From positions 1 through 32,211 of the forward strand of contig CAYHUT010000001.1 of NCBI GenBank assembly GCA_964359835.1: 32,211 bases of DNA. The letters run 5' to 3'. The position numbers were made by a program, and so were the translations under genes. Positions 25,578-32,211 of the stretch are shown here, piece by piece. This stretch comes from Candidatus Woesearchaeota archaeon (lineage in GTDB: Archaea; Nanobdellota; Nanobdellia; SCGC-AAA011-G17; GW2011-AR18). Positions within the stretch are counted from its first letter, which is position 1, and every line of letters begins with the position of its first letter. A model generated the notes under the pieces. That model was not told where the DNA came from. It did no database searches and saw nothing but the letters and a program-made list of their open reading frames with translations.

Positions 25578-26098
25578 AATTCACCTAAGTCTTCCCCAAT
25601 AATTATATAAGAATTACCCCAAAAACCATTCCTATCAAATTCACCCCTAACTAAACTTATTCTTTTAGAATATTTTTCAAATCTAAACATCTCTTCATTT
25701 CTTAAGCCTTCCAAATTTTCAGGCATGTAAAGGGTAGGCCCATACTCTTTTATTTGCTCCATTAAATTAAATAAGTGGCATAAAAGATAATCATTAGCTA
25801 AGGGATTTATTGAATTTTTATTAGAATTATGGCACAATGTTGTTGCAATTTTAACATTTAAACTGGGTTTTATTAATATGCTTCCATTGGCATCTCTTGA
25901 AGTTATATTCAAATCAGATGTATAAGGTATAAATGCCTTATTACAGCATTTTTCATTATAAGTTCTATAAAGTCTCATTCTTGTTTCTTTGATTCTAGTT
26001 TCTTTGCTAATATATAACTCATAAATCTCTAGAAAATCTTTCTTTTTACTAATTTCTCTAAGACCAAATTTACCTGGAAAAGGAATAACAGTTGCCAT
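25574..26098 (-). CDS. Hypothetical protein (no recognisable family)
   Basis: 174-aa ORF. A TTTATATA box on the minus strand lies ~35 nt upstream. Its stop overlaps the stop of the convergent 24900-25577 gene. Confidence 0.5.
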   Translation of the reverse strand: MATVIPFPGKFGLREISKKKDFLEIYELYISKETRIKETRMRLYRTYNEKCCNKAFIPYTSDLNITSRDANGSILIKPSLNVKIATTLCHNSNKNSINPLANDYLLCHLFNLMEQIKEYGPTLYMPENLEGLRNEEMFRFEKYSKRISLVRGEFDRNGFWGNSYIIIGEDLGEF

Positions 26099-26143
26099 TT
26101 TAAAGTAGTAAAAATGACAAGCATTACAGCTATATAAACCTTC

Positions 26144-26683
26144 TTAAGCCGCCTTTTTATGCCTGGCAGCAATACTAACCATTTTACTCTGCACAAGCCC
26201 GCCCCTTTCCTGACTAATAAGCTTCTTTATAGCTTTCATATCAATTAAAGTGGCTTTAATCATTGCAAGTAAATCTGCTTTTCTTCTATCACTAAATTCC
26301 TCTCCAACATCCTCAATATAAATTGTCATATTTTCATATATTAAATTTAAATCTTCAAATGTCGCTTTTAATATTGATTCCTGTTTCATAAGATTATCTT
26401 GTATTACTTCAATATCAACATGATCTTGTTTATTCTCTCCAATATTATCTAATCTTGTTATGGCATAATTAAGTCTTTGGTGGTATAATTCCATTTTCTT
26501 TTTAATTGTTTCATAATTTTTTGCAACGTATTGTACAAATTCAAGTGGATTTTTTAATCCCTTATTTAGTTGTATTTCAACGCCATCAACAAAATTAGAT
26601 TTGTCATCTTTAACACTTTCAAGAAATTCAATAATTGGGTGCCACGTCTTTGGGATAATTGGTTCGATTATTAGTTTTGCCAT
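26144..26683 (-). CDS. Hypothetical helical/coiled-coil protein (no recognisable family)
   Basis: 179-aa ORF on the same strand and directly upstream of the 174-aa ORF. Confidence 0.5.
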   Translation of the reverse strand: MAKLIIEPIIPKTWHPIIEFLESVKDDKSNFVDGVEIQLNKGLKNPLEFVQYVAKNYETIKKKMELYHQRLNYAITRLDNIGENKQDHVDIEVIQDNLMKQESILKATFEDLNLIYENMTIYIEDVGEEFSDRRKADLLAMIKATLIDMKAIKKLISQERGGLVQSKMVSIAARHKKAA

Positions 26684-26891
26684 ATTCCATTCAGTATTAA
26701 ACTTATTATTAAGGTTTTTGCATATCTAAAATATATAATTATTGTGCTTAAAAGATTTAATCAAAGCTTAAAGTATTTAGCATGATAAAAAAGTATAAAA
26801 AATGTACTAAAAAGTAGATTTAATTTTTAGTTTTATTAATTATATTTTCAATTACCACAAACTAATTAAACTTAAATGACATACGCCAAAT

Positions 26892-27147
26892 ATGGCAAAC
26901 GAAAATCAAAAAGAATACATGGTAGTTTACAAGACAATATACAACACTGGAACTAGGTTGTTCAATACCTGACTCAGATTACACACAAGATATTCATTAT
27001 TTTAAAGCTATTGATGATCAACAAGCAAGGGGCATAGCTGATTCTTCAGAAACAATAAGGACAATAGTAAATGGAAGATTTCCAAAAACTTCTCCAGAAT
27101 TAGAGCGCTTATTAGAAATCCGTGATTTAGAACTACCTAAAAAGTAA
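26892..27147 (+). pseudogene. Small gene that appears interrupted: a 26-codon ATG ORF (26892-26972) overlapping a 73-codon stop-to-stop frame (26926-27147) with no ATG/GTG/TTG start
   Basis: Hand translation. Frame 1: MANENQKEYMVVYKTIYNTGTRLFNT*. The +1 frame reads ...GCSIPDSDYTQDIHYFKAIDDQQARGIADSSETIRTIVNGRFPKTSPELERLLEIRDLELPKK*, which looks protein-like. Confidence 0.35.
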
Positions 27148-27262
27148 TTTTCCTCTATTTTCATATACAAATTCTACCTAATATTCATTAAGTATGTAAA
27201 ATATCAAAATACCTTAGCCAAAACCCCTATTTTTAAGCAAAAAACATTAATTTTATATAGTT

Positions 27263-27291
27263 ATTAAATTATAGATGGTATATAATTTAAT
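27263..27291. promoter_or_regulatory. 11-7-11 inverted repeat just upstream of the recombinase gene: candidate recombinase core site (dif/att-like) or autoregulatory operator
   Basis: ATTAAATTATA-GATGGTA-TATAATTTAAT, perfect 11-bp arms, 24 nt upstream of ATG 27315. It overlaps a TATA-like GGTATATAAT. Confidence 0.35.
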
Positions 27292-27314
27292 CATTTATTC
27301 ACAAAAGAGGAACA

Positions 27315-28160
27315 ATGGAACAGGAAGAAATAATAACCTTCGAAAAATTCTTAACAAACTTTACTAAGAAAAGCAATAAAAAACTAGGAGAAAGAACAAT
27401 TCACGGACTTTTAACACTTGCAAAGTTTATAGAACATTCTGAATCAACGGAAACACTTGAAGCTCTAGTCCAAAAACATAAAACCTACCTAGAAACAAGA
27501 AATTACCCAATTGCAAATTATTCTTTATGGCTTTACTTAAAATCTTTAGGATATTCTGATAAATTTGTAAAAGACATTATAAGTTTTAGAAAAAGAAACA
27601 TAACTGCTTTAAATGATGAAGAAAAACTTGCAGAATCTGTTTTATCTAAAAAAGAGCTTCTTTTCTTGGTTGATAATATCCCAAATATTAGAGACAAATT
27701 AATTGTTATGGTTCTTTATGACACAGGGGCTAGAATATCTGAAATTACAAATCTTAAGCTAAAAGATGTGGATCTTGAAACAAATGAAATTCACGTTATG
27801 GGTAAAGGCAGAAAACCAAGAACAGTTTATGTTAATAGTGGAACATCTCAATTATTAAAAGATTTAATCAAAAATCAAAATGTTTCATCACCAAATTCCT
27901 TAATATTTACAATAAAACCAATAACAGTTTGGTATAATTTGAAAAAATATGGCAGAGAATTATTATCTCGTGATTTACACCCCCATATGTTAAGGCACTC
28001 TAGATTACAACATATGGCTGATGAAGGCATTGATTCCTTTTCAATAAAATCTTATGCAGGCCATGCCGATATAGGCACAACACAGATTTATGTAAAAGCC
28101 TCAAAATATCAAGGCAAATTAGCTTTTCAAAAAGCAGGAAACATATGGAAGAAGAATTAG
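27315..28160 (+). CDS. Tyrosine recombinase / integrase (XerA-like or mobile-element integrase)
   Basis: 281 aa with the full catalytic set: R in DTGARISE, K in GKGRKPR, H-x-x-R in HPHMLRHS, H in YAGHAD, Y in TTQIYV. N-terminal SAM-like core-binding domain. Confidence 0.88.
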   Translation: MEQEEIITFEKFLTNFTKKSNKKLGERTIHGLLTLAKFIEHSESTETLEALVQKHKTYLETRNYPIANYSLWLYLKSLGYSDKFVKDIISFRKRNITALNDEEKLAESVLSKKELLFLVDNIPNIRDKLIVMVLYDTGARISEITNLKLKDVDLETNEIHVMGKGRKPRTVYVNSGTSQLLKDLIKNQNVSSPNSLIFTIKPITVWYNLKKYGRELLSRDLHPHMLRHSRLQHMADEGIDSFSIKSYAGHADIGTTQIYVKASKYQGKLAFQKAGNIWKKN

Positions 28161-28690
28161 CTGAAATTTTTATTGCAGGAGATTCAAGGTATAATTTGTT
28201 TGAATTGGAAGCTGTTAATTCATTCTTTGTTAATAAAGCATTGATTATAAAAAAAGAGGAGATAAATTTTAATCCTAAATTTAAAGAAGTAGATATACGG
28301 GGCCCTCAAAAGTTGCAAAAAGCAATTGCTCTTGAAATTTTAAAAAATAAAGGCTTGATATTTGAAGGTTTTGAAAAGAATCTTAGTTATGGGAGACCAG
28401 ATATTCTTGCAAAAGACAAAGATGGAAAATTAATAGCAGTAGAATGCGGTCCATGTAGATTATCTAAGGCAATAGACTACTTTAGAATTGAAGATTTGAC
28501 TGAACTATGGCTCGTTCACGCTTATTCTAATGAAAATCATTTATATATAATTAAAAAAGGTACAAATTTTAAAACTTTTTTAGAAAATTACAATAAGAAA
28601 ATAAAAGAACAGATCAAGAAAATTAAATCTCCAATGGATAATTTTAACAAACCTGAAGAAAATAATGAAAATCTCACGCCTAAACACTGA
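28145..28690 (+). CDS. Hypothetical protein with a PD-(D/E)xK-like nuclease motif
   Basis: 181 aa. YGRPDILAKDKDGKLIAVECGP has the PD...(D/E)x(K) spacing of restriction-endonuclease-fold proteins, but the Lys position reads G. The start overlaps the recombinase 3' end by 16 nt. Confidence 0.4.
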   Translation: MEEELAEIFIAGDSRYNLFELEAVNSFFVNKALIIKKEEINFNPKFKEVDIRGPQKLQKAIALEILKNKGLIFEGFEKNLSYGRPDILAKDKDGKLIAVECGPCRLSKAIDYFRIEDLTELWLVHAYSNENHLYIIKKGTNFKTFLENYNKKIKEQIKKIKSPMDNFNKPEENNENLTPKH

Positions 28691-28710
28691 AAAATTTCAA
28701 AGAAATTTTT
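28690..28710 (+). terminator. Hairpin plus T-run at the stop codon of the 28145-28690 gene
   Basis: AAAAATTTC-AAA-GAAATTTTT, a 9-bp stem whose 3' arm ends in T5. Confidence 0.4.
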
Positions 28711-28808
28711 GGTGTGCCGCAGATTTTATCTGTTAGCATAATTTAATCTTTGCTTAAAGGTTTTAATTCATATTAAAGACTAAATGTTTTAAGAAAAAAC
28801 TAAAAGAT

Positions 28809-30020
28809 TTAAGCATTTTTAATAGGGTTAAATAACTCGCCCAATTTTGTAGAATTCAATTTATTTATTTCTTCTTCGATTCTGTTAGTAATTGTAATTA
28901 AATCTATATAATATACTAATGAAAAAATATATGGTTTATCCTTTTCAAAGTTAATCTTCAATTCTTCTCCTTTGATTACTTTTCTCAAAATTTCATGCTT
29001 CAATTGTTCAAAATTATTTTTTTTCGAGTGAAGTATATACCCTTGTTGTAATAACTTAATCATACTATTAACATTCTCTATTTTATTTTGTAATCTTACT
29101 AGATTCTCTTTTAATTTTTTAGTCTCTTTTGATTTAATTTTTGAGTATAAATTTATGAAATATGTCTCGGGTAAAGGAGTTAATAAATAAGAAGGTATTA
29201 CTATTTTTTTCTTAGTTAATTCTTCTTCATGCCCTTTAGCATTATCTTTTATCTCTTTGATAGTTATTAAAATACTTTGTAATAACATTTCTTGTTTCTC
29301 TCTATTATCATTTGATTTTAATTGTCTATCTAATAAATATAATGCTGCTTCAAAAATAATTGCTCCGATTGCTATTAATATTGCTATCCAAGCTAAATCA
29401 TTATTACTTTTTGTTAGATCTAAACTTATTGTTTCTGCCCTACTAATCACCAAAAATTCAAAAGGTGCTAAATAATACATATTAACTTTTTTAGAAGGAA
29501 AAATTATGGTATTTCCATTGGCAGGCGTTATTTTTCCTGATTTTTCATCTAAAATATTTATATTACCTGTCCATAAACCTGCCTCAGGAATTCTTACCGC
29601 CTTCAAGGTAAAATTATTATTATAAGAGTCCATACAAAAATAATCTGCACTATTTTCAATATGACTAGAACAATTAAATCTATATTCTTCATTATCTTTA
29701 AGTTTAGAAATAAATTGAATATATTGTGAAGGAACTAAGGCAATTTTTTTACCAGTAGGTGTTTCTAAAGTTATATCCACAGCTATGCTCTCATTATTAC
29801 AATCTCCATAAGCAATAAGATACAACTCATTTAATAATAAATTATCAAATTCTCTAAATCCTCCCTCTATTTGATAATTGCTTTTTTCACCCAATCTATC
29901 TACATCTGATTGATAAGCGACTAGTTTAACTCTTGCCTCATAAATACATCCAAATACTGCCTGTGGTAAAATAAATATTATTAATAAGAAGGTTATAGAG
30001 ACTATTAATTTTTTATTCAT
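28809..30020 (-). CDS. Hypothetical single-pass membrane protein: signal peptide, ~190-aa extracellular domain, TM helix, ~170-aa cytoplasmic coiled-coil domain
   Basis: 403 aa. N-terminal LIVSITFLLIIFILPQAVFGC is signal- or lipobox-like. Cys-containing beta-rich ectodomain, TM helix WIAILIAIGAIIFEAALYLL, Lys/Glu-rich helical tail. Confidence 0.55.
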   Translation of the reverse strand: MNKKLIVSITFLLIIFILPQAVFGCIYEARVKLVAYQSDVDRLGEKSNYQIEGGFREFDNLLLNELYLIAYGDCNNESIAVDITLETPTGKKIALVPSQYIQFISKLKDNEEYRFNCSSHIENSADYFCMDSYNNNFTLKAVRIPEAGLWTGNINILDEKSGKITPANGNTIIFPSKKVNMYYLAPFEFLVISRAETISLDLTKSNNDLAWIAILIAIGAIIFEAALYLLDRQLKSNDNREKQEMLLQSILITIKEIKDNAKGHEEELTKKKIVIPSYLLTPLPETYFINLYSKIKSKETKKLKENLVRLQNKIENVNSMIKLLQQGYILHSKKNNFEQLKHEILRKVIKGEELKINFEKDKPYIFSLVYYIDLITITNRIEEEINKLNSTKLGELFNPIKNA

Positions 30021-30100
30021 ATTCTATAATAGATCTAAGGTTTAATAAAGGTTTGCCTCTTTTTTCATTTAAAATTTTTTAATCTAAAGAAAAAATAAAA

Positions 30101-30460
30101 TTATTGAGATTTTAAAGAATAAACAGTTACATCATGCTCATTATGAGCAGAGCCAACAGTAATTGATTCTTTTTTTACCTTTCCCTTACTCATTAAATAA
30201 TTAAGTGCTCCAAGAACATCCTCTTCTTTAAAATCATAACCCGCCTTAAATTGCATATATTGCACAATTGCTCTTTCAGCAACTTGTCTATATTTGTATA
30301 CTTGTCTAAAAAAGATACTTGGAGAATTCCCCATTGTTCTCACTTTCTTTTGCCATTCTGGATCAAGTACTCTCACTATTTCTTCTGCAGCTTCTTTAAC
30401 AATAATACTCTCTAGTTGGTCCCTTGCGGAGATTATTTTTCTTAAATCAACATTTGCCAT
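30101..30460 (-). CDS. Hypothetical small protein, possibly winged-helix
   Basis: 119-aa ORF. The C-terminal EEDVLGALNYLMSKGKVKKESI resembles a recognition helix plus wing. Confidence 0.45.
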   Translation of the reverse strand: MANVDLRKIISARDQLESIIVKEAAEEIVRVLDPEWQKKVRTMGNSPSIFFRQVYKYRQVAERAIVQYMQFKAGYDFKEEDVLGALNYLMSKGKVKKESITVGSAHNEHDVTVYSLKSQ

Positions 30461-30606
30461 ATTTTTAATATACCATAAACCAATATAAACATTTATTCTC
30501 TAAAAAGGTTATTTAGAACAATATAATAAAATTTTTAAGGATTAATATAATTCCAAGCAATAGCTGCCCAAAAATATAATTTTCCAGCTTAGCAAAGAAG
30601 CATTTT

Positions 30607-30792
30607 CTAAAAAGAAACACCGCAATAACCCCGTTCTTTTATTAATTTCTCCCTCTCAAGATACATAAAACCAGGAATAACTAAAGCGAAACCGATTCTT
30701 GTCAAGGCTTCTCTTCTTGCATATTTTTCCTCACTTTTATCAGCAATAGTTTCATTATTATTTTGGACTATATCTTCCAAATCATCTGCCAT
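30607..30792 (-). CDS. Hypothetical 61-aa protein with an acidic N-terminus and one hydrophobic helix
   Basis: Start taken at Met22 of the track ORF (ATG at 30792): MADDLEDIVQNNNE...RIGFALVIPGFMYL.... It overlaps the upstream gene's 3' end by 11 nt. Confidence 0.4.
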   Translation of the reverse strand: MADDLEDIVQNNNETIADKSEEKYARREALTRIGFALVIPGFMYLEREKLIKERGYCGVSF

Positions 30793-31360
30793 AAAATCCC
30801 TCGACCCTAAATCCAAGTTCATCAGCTTTATTTTGAACATATTCTTCCAGACCAATATTTAATTTTCTTGCAGCTCTTTCAGCAAATTTCCTGCTGTTAA
30901 TTCCAACAGTTTTTTTCATAATAGAATTGATTCCTCTTTCACCAATAATCTTGGAATTATTAACATCATATACAATTGCCTGCACAGTAAGCGGAATACC
31001 AAAAAAATAATTATTAATTGTGGGTTCAATCCCCATTTCCCTCATAGGTCTTATCCTATCTAAAGGTGTAAACATCATCAATTTTTCCGTGCTTGAAAAT
31101 AGATAATTTCCATTTTTGTCCTGTTTATTATACACCCACCAACCATAAGATTTTATATTTTCATTAGGTTTTTCAACAAAAAATCTTAAACTTAATTCAG
31201 GTTTTTTATTGCCATAAAGTTCGCTTATTATTGTCTTATAAACAAAACCACCAATCATCCAAAGTCTGCCTTGAGAGTTACTCTTAACAACATGTACACT
31301 TTCTTCAAAATCCTTATTATCCTTTGTCCATTTTAAGAATGCATTAGTAACCTCATCCAT
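30782..31360 (-). CDS. Hypothetical protein with a weak nucleotidyltransferase-like (pol-beta fold) N-terminal pattern, catalytic Asp pair not evident
   Basis: 192 aa. LWMIGGFVYKTIISELYGNKKPELSLRFFV resembles the hGG-x(n)-DxD strand-turn-helix region of NTases, but the DxD position reads S-L-R. A TTATAAAG box lies ~25 nt upstream on the minus strand. Confidence 0.45.
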   Translation of the reverse strand: MDEVTNAFLKWTKDNKDFEESVHVVKSNSQGRLWMIGGFVYKTIISELYGNKKPELSLRFFVEKPNENIKSYGWWVYNKQDKNGNYLFSSTEKLMMFTPLDRIRPMREMGIEPTINNYFFGIPLTVQAIVYDVNNSKIIGERGINSIMKKTVGINSRKFAERAARKLNIGLEEYVQNKADELGFRVEGFYGR

Positions 31361-31438
31361 GCCTATTCAGAAAAACAATGCTTTATAATAATTTATCTAC
31401 AAGAAAAGATATTTAAATAATATCATAATCATCTAATT

Positions 31439-31747
31439 ATGCATTCAGGAAAAAAATCATTAAAAGATGAGATTAAGAGAATGAAAGCTTCTATGAAGGA
31501 TTTGCAAAAGCCAGAAAAAGGAGTGATCAAAGGTGGGAAATTAGTAATAAAAACAAAAAGAAAATTAAGTCCCAATCTATGTATGGCTTGCAAAAAAGAT
31601 GCTGGTAAAAATTTTGTTTTCATTTACAAAACTAATCACGAATTAAAAGGAAAAATGTGCACAATATGCCACATAGAAATGCAGGAAGAAAAACGCAAAA
31701 AAGAAAATGAGAAAATTATGAACGAAGAATTTAAACCAATCAAATAA
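31439..31747 (+). CDS. Small basic zinc-ribbon protein
   Basis: 102 aa, Lys-rich. CMAC...x26...CTIC. ATTTAAAT box centred ~25 nt upstream of the ATG. Confidence 0.55.
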   Translation: MHSGKKSLKDEIKRMKASMKDLQKPEKGVIKGGKLVIKTKRKLSPNLCMACKKDAGKNFVFIYKTNHELKGKMCTICHIEMQEEKRKKENEKIMNEEFKPIK

Positions 31748-32113
31748 CTATTTTCTTTTCTTACTGGCTTGCAAGGCTATAATCTGTTCAAGAATTTTTT
31801 TTCTTCTGTCTTCATCTTCTACTAATTTATTAATTAAACCATCTAATACTGCCTCTTTATTAGACACATTAGTATTAAAGACAGCAGCTATTTGTTTTGC
31901 GATTTTTAAATCTGACTCTTCCAAAGAAAACTCTTGTGCTAATAATTTTGATTCAACTTCTTCAATCCTTGCATTTATTCCCACAACTTTAATACATTCC
32001 ATACAATATATTGGAATGCCTGGGGTAGTAAGGAAATTAGCATAGAATTTTTTACCACATTTGCTGCAAATTGTTGGATATTTCTCTTGTGTTCTTTTTG
32101 CAAATGGTGTCAT
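31748..32113 (-). CDS. CxxC-x17-CxxC zinc-ribbon domain protein with a helical C-terminal tail
   Basis: 121 aa. CSKC, then exactly 17 residues (GKKFYANFLTTPGIPIY), then CMEC. The IPIYC context is typical of the CxxC-x17-CxxC domain. Confidence 0.6.
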   Translation of the reverse strand: MTPFAKRTQEKYPTICSKCGKKFYANFLTTPGIPIYCMECIKVVGINARIEEVESKLLAQEFSLEESDLKIAKQIAAVFNTNVSNKEAVLDGLINKLVEDEDRRKKILEQIIALQASKKRK

Positions 32114-32135
32114 ATATCCTTCCTGAAAATCTTAG

Positions 32136-32192
32136 TATATAAACCTATCTTTTTAATGATACTGTATAGTTAACGTCAGATAGGTTTATATA
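32136..32192. promoter_or_regulatory. 15-bp perfect inverted repeat, each arm carrying a TATA-like box: likely divergent promoter pair
   Basis: TATATAAACCTATCT (32136-32150) / AGATAGGTTTATATA (32178-32192), with a 27-nt spacer. The left arm lies ~25-30 nt upstream of the minus-strand ATG at 32113. The right arm points toward a gene beyond the window end. Confidence 0.5.
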
Positions 32193-32211
32193 GTATTGTC
32201 TTCTTATTTTT

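Noticed and set aside
29257-29475. 72-aa plus-strand ORF inside the membrane-protein gene
   Set aside because: It is antisense and low-complexity.
30294-30488. 64-aa plus-strand ORF antisense to the 30101-30460 gene
   Set aside because: It overlaps the more protein-like minus-strand ORF. I retained the minus-strand one.
31429-31623. 64-aa minus-strand ORF antisense to the zinc-ribbon gene 31439-31747
   Set aside because: The plus-strand ORF has paired CxxC motifs and a well-placed TATA-like box, and this one has neither.
1-32211. Window-wide look for tRNA, rRNA, IS transposases, inteins in polC/orc1, and att-type direct repeats flanking the recombinase block
   Set aside because: No cloverleaf-capable GC-rich segment or rRNA-like stretch was seen. 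There is no transposase motif and no intein-sized insertion. I found no long direct repeat pair bracketing 23-32 kb within the window. This absence is by eye only and should be confirmed with tRNAscan-SE, Infernal and ISfinder.

Overview
AT-rich (about 30% G+C by eye) archaeal chromosome segment. The hallmark genes are Orc1/Cdc6, PolD DP1 and DP2, PAN, membrane LonB and Hef. A small-genome DPANN-like or euryarchaeal-like host is my inference only. The left ~23 kb is core: hef, a 2H phosphoesterase (ThpR/LigT), an arginase-family enzyme, PAN, two tandem paralogs built from 29-aa helical repeats, TctA-like and MgtC membrane proteins, an Isf-like flavoprotein and CorA. Next comes the replication module polC(DP2)-polB(DP1)-orc1/cdc6 on the minus strand. 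It abuts a ~570-bp almost pure A+T region bounded by an inverted pair of ORB-like boxes (candidate oriC), followed on the plus strand by a PRC-barrel gene, lonB and argS. The right ~9 kb (from ~23.3 kb) looks accessory or mobile. It holds two coiled-coil plus winged-helix proteins flanking a 730-bp ORF-free, G-depleted region with ~37-nt iteron-like repeats and GC-rich palindromes. It also holds a tyrosine recombinase preceded by an 11-7-11 inverted repeat and overlapped by a PD-(D/E)xK-like gene, a single-pass membrane protein, an NTase-like gene overlapping a tiny membrane-protein gene, and two small zinc-ribbon proteins. The most unusual signal is non-coding: a family of multi-hairpin elements. 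Two copies share a 119-nt perfectly identical core and bracket the PRC-barrel gene beside oriC. A third, diverged copy lies at the window start and keeps the hairpins through paired (compensatory) substitutions. I recognised no rRNA, tRNA or CRISPR array. All homology calls rest on motifs read by eye, with no database search.
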